Source: Mustelus asterias
Lineage: Eukaryota
DNA length: 64,000 bases
Direction: 5' to 3'
Assembly: GCF_964213995.1 (NCBI RefSeq)
Contig: NC_135822.1
Coordinates: 25,854,001-25,918,000, forward strand
Positions 59,420-64,000 of this stretch are shown here, one piece after another. Each line of letters opens with the position of its first letter. Positions within the stretch are counted from its first letter, which is position 1. The notes beneath the pieces were generated by a model. It saw only the letters and a list, made by a program, of their open reading frames with translations, did not search any database and had not been told where the DNA came from. A program made the translations under genes and the position numbers.

Positions 59420-60965
59420 TGTGCAGGAATAAGCCATTCAGCCCATCAAGCCTGCTCTGCCATTCAATATGATCATATTGGTCATCCACTTCAACACCTT
59501 TTTCCCGATGTCCCTTAGCAATTGTTATTTAGAAAATGTCAATCTCTGCTTTAAACATACTTAATGACTGAGCTCCCACAGCCCTCTCTGGGTACAGATT
59601 TCAAAAGATTCACAACCCTCAAGAAGAAAATCTCCTTATCTTGGTCCTAAATGCCTTCTCTTTAGCTGGAAATGTGTCCCCTGGTTCTAGGCTTCCCAAC
59701 CTGGGGTAACATCATATCTGCATATATTTTGTAGGTTTCAATAAGATCATTCTTCAAAACTCTACAGGTCCAGTTTCCCCAATCTCGTAACACAGTGCTG
59801 CCATTCCAGGAACAAGTTTGGTGAATGTTTGTTGTGCTCCCCCTGACAATTTCCTTCCTAAGGTGAGGGGACCAAAACTGCACACAGTATTCCAAGTGTA
59901 GTCTAACCAAGGTTCCATACAATTGAAGACTACTCAAATTCTCTCAAAAAAAGGCTGGCAAAAAATTTGCTTTCTTAATTGCTTGCTACCCCTGCACATT
60001 AGTTTTCAATGACTTATTGCACAAATTGTTGAAGGTGGCAGGGCAGTTTGAAAAAGCAGTTAAAGGCATATGGGACTCCGGGGTTTATTAGTAGAGGCAT
60101 ACAAGTATAAAAGCAAGGAAGTTATGGTGAACTTTTATAAAACCTCTTACTCAACTGGACTATTATGTCCAAATCTGGACACCAATACTGGGAAGGATGT
60201 GAAGGAATTAGAAACAAGATTTGAGGGATTTCAGTTATTTGGACAGATTGGAGAAGCTGAGAATCATAGAATCCTACAGTGCAGAAAGAGGCCACTCGGC
60301 CCATCGAGTCTGCACCAACCACAATCCCACCCAGGCCCTATCCCCATATATTTACCCACTAATCCCTCTAACCTATGCACCCTGGGAGACTCGGGGGCAA
60401 TTTAGAATGGCCAATCAACCTAGCCCGCACATCTTTGGACTGTGGGAGGAAACCGGAGCACCCGGAGGAAACCCACACTGACTCAGGGAGAATGTGCAAA
60501 CTCCACACAGACAGTGACCCGAGCCGGGATTCGAACCCAGGTTTCTGGAGCTGTTCATGAAGCAGCAGTGCTAACCACTGTGCTACCGTGCCACAGCTGA
60601 GGCTGTTCTCCTTGGAGATGGTTGAGAGAAGATTTGCTGGAGATGTTTAAAATCATGAGGGGCCTTGACAAAGAGGAAGAAACTGTTCAAACAGTTTAAG
60701 GATCGAGAAGCAATAAAAAAGGTGAATGGCAAAACAACATAAAACATGAGGAAAAACTTCTGTGCAACGACTGGTCAGGATCTGGAATGCACAGTGGTGG
60801 AGGCTAATTTCAATCATGGCTTTCAAAATGGAATAATTACCTGAAGAGATAATTTTACAGGGAAAAGCTAGAGGACGGGGGCAAGCTGTGTTTCTCTTTG
60901 CAGGCTGCTGACACAGACACAATAGGCTAAATGGCCTCCTGCGCCGTAAATATTTGCGTTCTGTA
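59420..60965. mobile_element. CR1 fragments (minus about 59420-60020; plus about 60020-60965) with a nested minus-strand V-SINE at about 60263-60592
   Basis: LEYCVQFWSPHLRK on the minus strand; YKSKEVMVNFYK on the plus strand; SINE V-domain. Confidence 0.75.
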
Positions 60966-61082
60966 GTCAGAAGCTCATCTCAAGGTTAAATACGACATCA
61001 AATGAACAATCTAGTTGGGCCTCAGAGTAGCCAGGAAGAGCGTTGGTGGATAGGGAACAAAGTTTCTGGGAAGGACAGAATA

Positions 61083-61620
61083 CATAAGAACATAAGAAAT
61101 AGGAGCAGGAGTAGGCCATCTAGCCCCTCGAGCCTGCCCCGCCATTCAATAAGATCATGGCCGATCTGCAGTGGATCAGTTCCACTTACCCGCCTGATCC
61201 CCATAACCCCTAATTCCCTTACCGATCAGGAATCCATCTATCCGTGATTTAAACATACTCAACGAGGTAGCCTCCACCACTTCAGAGGGCAGAGAATTCC
61301 AGAGATTCACCACCCTCCGAGAGAAGAAGTTCCTCCTCAACTCTGTCCTAAACTGACCCCCCTTTATTTTAAGGCTGTGCCCTCTAGTTCTAGCTTCCTT
61401 TCTAAGTGGAAAGAATCTCTCCACCTCTATCCTATCCAGCCCCTTCATTATCTTATAGGTCTCTATAAGATCCCCCCTCAGCCTTCTAAATTCCAACAAG
61501 TACAAACCCAATCTGCTCAGTCTCTCCTCATAATCAACACCCCTCTGGTATCAACCTGGTGAACCTTCTCTGCACTCCCTCCAATGCCAAGCCAATACAA
61601 TGGCTTTTGCCTTCCTAATT
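61083..61620 (-). mobile_element. CR1 LINE 3' fragment
   Basis: LEFRRLRGDLIETYKI..NFFSRRVVNLWNSLP; (CATAAGAA) tail. Confidence 0.9.
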
Positions 61621-62310
61621 TTAGTTGGAAGAAATCTCAGTTACACATTCAATTCAAATATAAAATGCATATATTTGAAAATTTCACACATCCATCCTCA
61701 TTTCACTAAAATCTTAGTAAATGTTTAATATGTGGATGTCACTGACACAGTCATCGTTTATTGCCCATTTTTAATTATCTTTGGTCACCACACTGAATAG
61801 AACTGAGTGGCTTGCTAGTCCATTTCAGAAACTGTTAAGTAACACTGCTATGGGTCTCGAGTTATAGATCAGCCACACACCAAGGACAGCATATTTCTTT
61901 CCCTAAAGAACATTATTGAAACGGATGAGTTTTTATAACAATCTGGCAGTTTTACACTCACCAATTATTGATATTACAGCTTTAATATAAATCCATTTGA
62001 AATTCCCCAATCACCTTGGCAGGAATTGAAACTCATGTCTCCAAATTGTTAGGCCAGGCCTCTGACTTACTACAGAGGAGCATATTAAACAGGTGCTATA
62101 ATAGGCCATTTGGCTCTTTGAGCCTGTTCTGTCATTCCACAAGATCACGGCTCATCTTTTTACCTTACTTTCACCTTCCTGTGCTATCCCCATAATTCCT
62201 TAGTATCCAAAAATCTACTGACCTCCCGTCTTGAAAATACGCAATGACTCAGGCCTCTGAATGAAGAAATTTCTCTCCAACTCAGTCCTAAACGACTGAC
62301 CCATTAATCG

Positions 62311-62462
62311 GATGTGGAGATGCCGGCGTTGGACTGGGGTAAACACAGTAAGGAGTTTAACAACACCAGGTTAAAGTCCAACAGGTTTATTTGGTAGCAA
62401 AATTAGGCTTTTGCTACCAAATAAACCTGTTGGACTTTAACCTGGTGTTGTTAAACTTCTTA
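62311..62462. mobile_element. Penelope family B near-perfect hairpin mini-element nested in a CR1
   Basis: 55-bp arms 62348-62402 and 62409-62463, 6-nt loop, 37-nt tail, TSD CCATTAATCG(GA). Confidence 0.85.
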
Positions 62463-62885
62463 CCATTAATCGGAGACAGTGATCCTCTCCACCCCCTCCC
62501 CCAAACAGACTTTGCAGCCAGAGGAAATTTTTTCTCAACGTCTGCTCTGTTGAGCCCCTGAAGAGTTTTATGTGGTTAATTGATCTTGGCTGTTTTGAAA
62601 TAAATGGAGCCATTCCATGGATTGTTAGAGGAAGTCCATTTGTTCCTGTCTGTTTCCTCTAATATTTTGGGACCTGTTCGTAGATCTGGAAAGGTGCTGA
62701 ATCGATACAAAATATACAATGTCATTGTGTGATCAGTAGGCTAGGCAAACAATTGCAGCTCAAAACTGGATGGATCATCTCTGCTGAATTAACACACAGC
62801 GGTATATATTTACAGATTAACCAGTGTAGCTGGAGGTGGGTGACCGCTATGCTACTATACCCGAGTATTTGCTTCATTTCCCTAC

Positions 62886-63417
62886 CGATGGGGTTGAGCG
62901 CCTGAGCCGCCGCCCTCAGCAGGTACAGGTAGTCGGATAAGGTGCTGAATTCGATGGGTAGCAGCAGTCCGGCCTCTCGCACAGCCACATAGCGCTGCAG
63001 CACCGGCACGATGTCGGGCAGCACTGTCTGGTCAGCCTCCACCCGCCAGCAGGTGGTTCCCACTTCCAGCACGGCCTTCAGCGCGTCCAGGACGTTGAGG
63101 CCGGAGTAGCGCCGGGAGAAGGGGTAGAGGGAGCGCTGGCGGTGCAGGAAGATCACGGCGTAGCCCAGGCCGAGGAAGTACTCAGCCGACACGGCGCCGC
63201 GCCAGCCGCTGCTGAAGTTGTCCAGGAAGCGGACGGTCCGCGACTCCAGCGGCACCTTGGTGCCGCCCGAGGTCACCAGCACCACCCGGCGGCCCTGGGC
63301 GGCGTGCCGCACCGCGAACTCGGCCATGGCCGCGGCCCAGCTCTCCGCATTGGGCGGCGGCACGCAGCTGGAGAAGAAGCCGCTCCACTCCGGCTCGCTC
63401 TCCGCCGCCGCCGCCAT
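62886..63417 (-). CDS. PPCS: PPCS exon 1
   Basis: ATG at 63417 (MAAAAESEPEW), CpG-rich, donor gtaggg, phase 1. Confidence 0.95.
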
Positions 63418-63765
63418 TACAACTAGTCCGCCCTCAATTACTGTCCGGCTTCCCCGCCCGCTAATAAGTTCCCCCTTCCCCAGTACCCACCCACCCACAA
63501 CAGGCCATGGAGAACCTTCGCCAAAGCTCTGGCACAAAGGACACTTTCATGTTTAGCTTTGTCTCCTATCCATTTATTTTTTTTACTCTGGGTTTGTGTT
63601 AAGAGCTATTTGTTTAAAGGGAAAGGGGGCGGGGAAACATTAACAAGTGCTCCTGGGTTCAGGAGTCAGAGGCCTTAGCAACGGGCCAGAAGTCCCTAGC
63701 AACCGCAGCACAGCAGAAGCTGAGAGAGGTTTCCCAGCAAAGGGCTGAGCCTCCTGCACCCCGAG
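63418..63765. promoter_or_regulatory. Bidirectional promoter PPCS/ZMYND12
   Basis: Divergent ATGs 349 bp apart; forkhead-like TATTTGTTTA 63607-63616, GC box 63626-63634, X-box half-sites TAGCAAC within 63671-63682 and 63692-63703. Confidence 0.75.
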
Positions 63766-63881
63766 ATGCTCAGCTCTCCCATTTATCCGCTCTCCAATCC
63801 CAAGGGAGTCAAACTAGAGTGTGAGATGTGCCAGAAAACCGCCTATGTAATGTGCTCCCAGTGCAGGGTGACTTACTACTG
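63766..63881 (+). CDS. ZMYND12: ZMYND12 exon 1 (MLSSPIYPLSNPKGVKLECEMCQKTAYVMCSQCRVTYYC), partial
   Basis: IYPL..PKG..L.CE.C..A...C..C.VTYYC MYND finger start, donor gtgagt, head-to-head with PPCS. Confidence 0.92.
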
Positions 63882-64000
63882 GTGAGTAAAGCTCCAAATC
63901 TCACCCTGCAAACTACTGCTCAAACTCCAACCTTTCCATCACTGAAATGTATTGTTGCCTCTCAAATCCGTGTCCATTCTCCCCCATTATGTCCATTCTT

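Larger units (their letters stand above)
57571..63417 (-). other. PPCS: Phosphopantothenate--cysteine ligase gene, 3 exons, 325 aa
   Basis: join 63417-62886, 58281-58178, 57912-57571; [31 protein letters not shown] and SFKLETD motifs. Confidence 0.97.

Noticed and set aside
63418-63537. Upstream extension of the PPCS ORF in the ORF track (MCQSFG...)
   Set aside because: It begins at a non-ATG codon with no PPCS similarity; ATG 63417 fits. The ORF tail beyond 62886 is intron.

Overview
Vertebrate genomic DNA, almost certainly elasmobranch (shark), judged from its HE1/V-SINE-like, SacSINE1/DeuSINE-like, CR1 and Penelope repeats. Four spliced genes were reconstructed by hand with consistent GT-AG phases. 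(1) The 5' part of a coiled-coil gene on the minus strand (5 exons, 26079->692), CCDC30 by synteny. (2) A complete 16-exon UTP3/SAS10 on the plus strand (26987-55294, 476 aa), head-to-head with CCDC30 across a CpG island. (3) A complete 3-exon PPCS on the minus strand (63417->57571, 325 aa). (4) Exon 1 of ZMYND12 on the plus strand (63766-63881), head-to-head with PPCS. Main observations: two families of Penelope-like fold-back elements carry minimal hammerhead ribozymes, one with a U3-A8 core and one with compensatory stem I changes; all intact copies lie antisense to the host gene and all sense copies are damaged. At least seven short locally templated duplications were copied from 0.3-1.9 kb away. 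A processed SMDT1/EMRE pseudogene sits in a UTP3 intron. The intron-rich UTP3 lies inside the ZMYND12-PPCS-CCDC30 cluster, whereas human UTP3 is intronless and located elsewhere. Repeat boundaries are approximate unless TSDs or TIRs are given. Family names come from recalled consensus sequences, not database searches.
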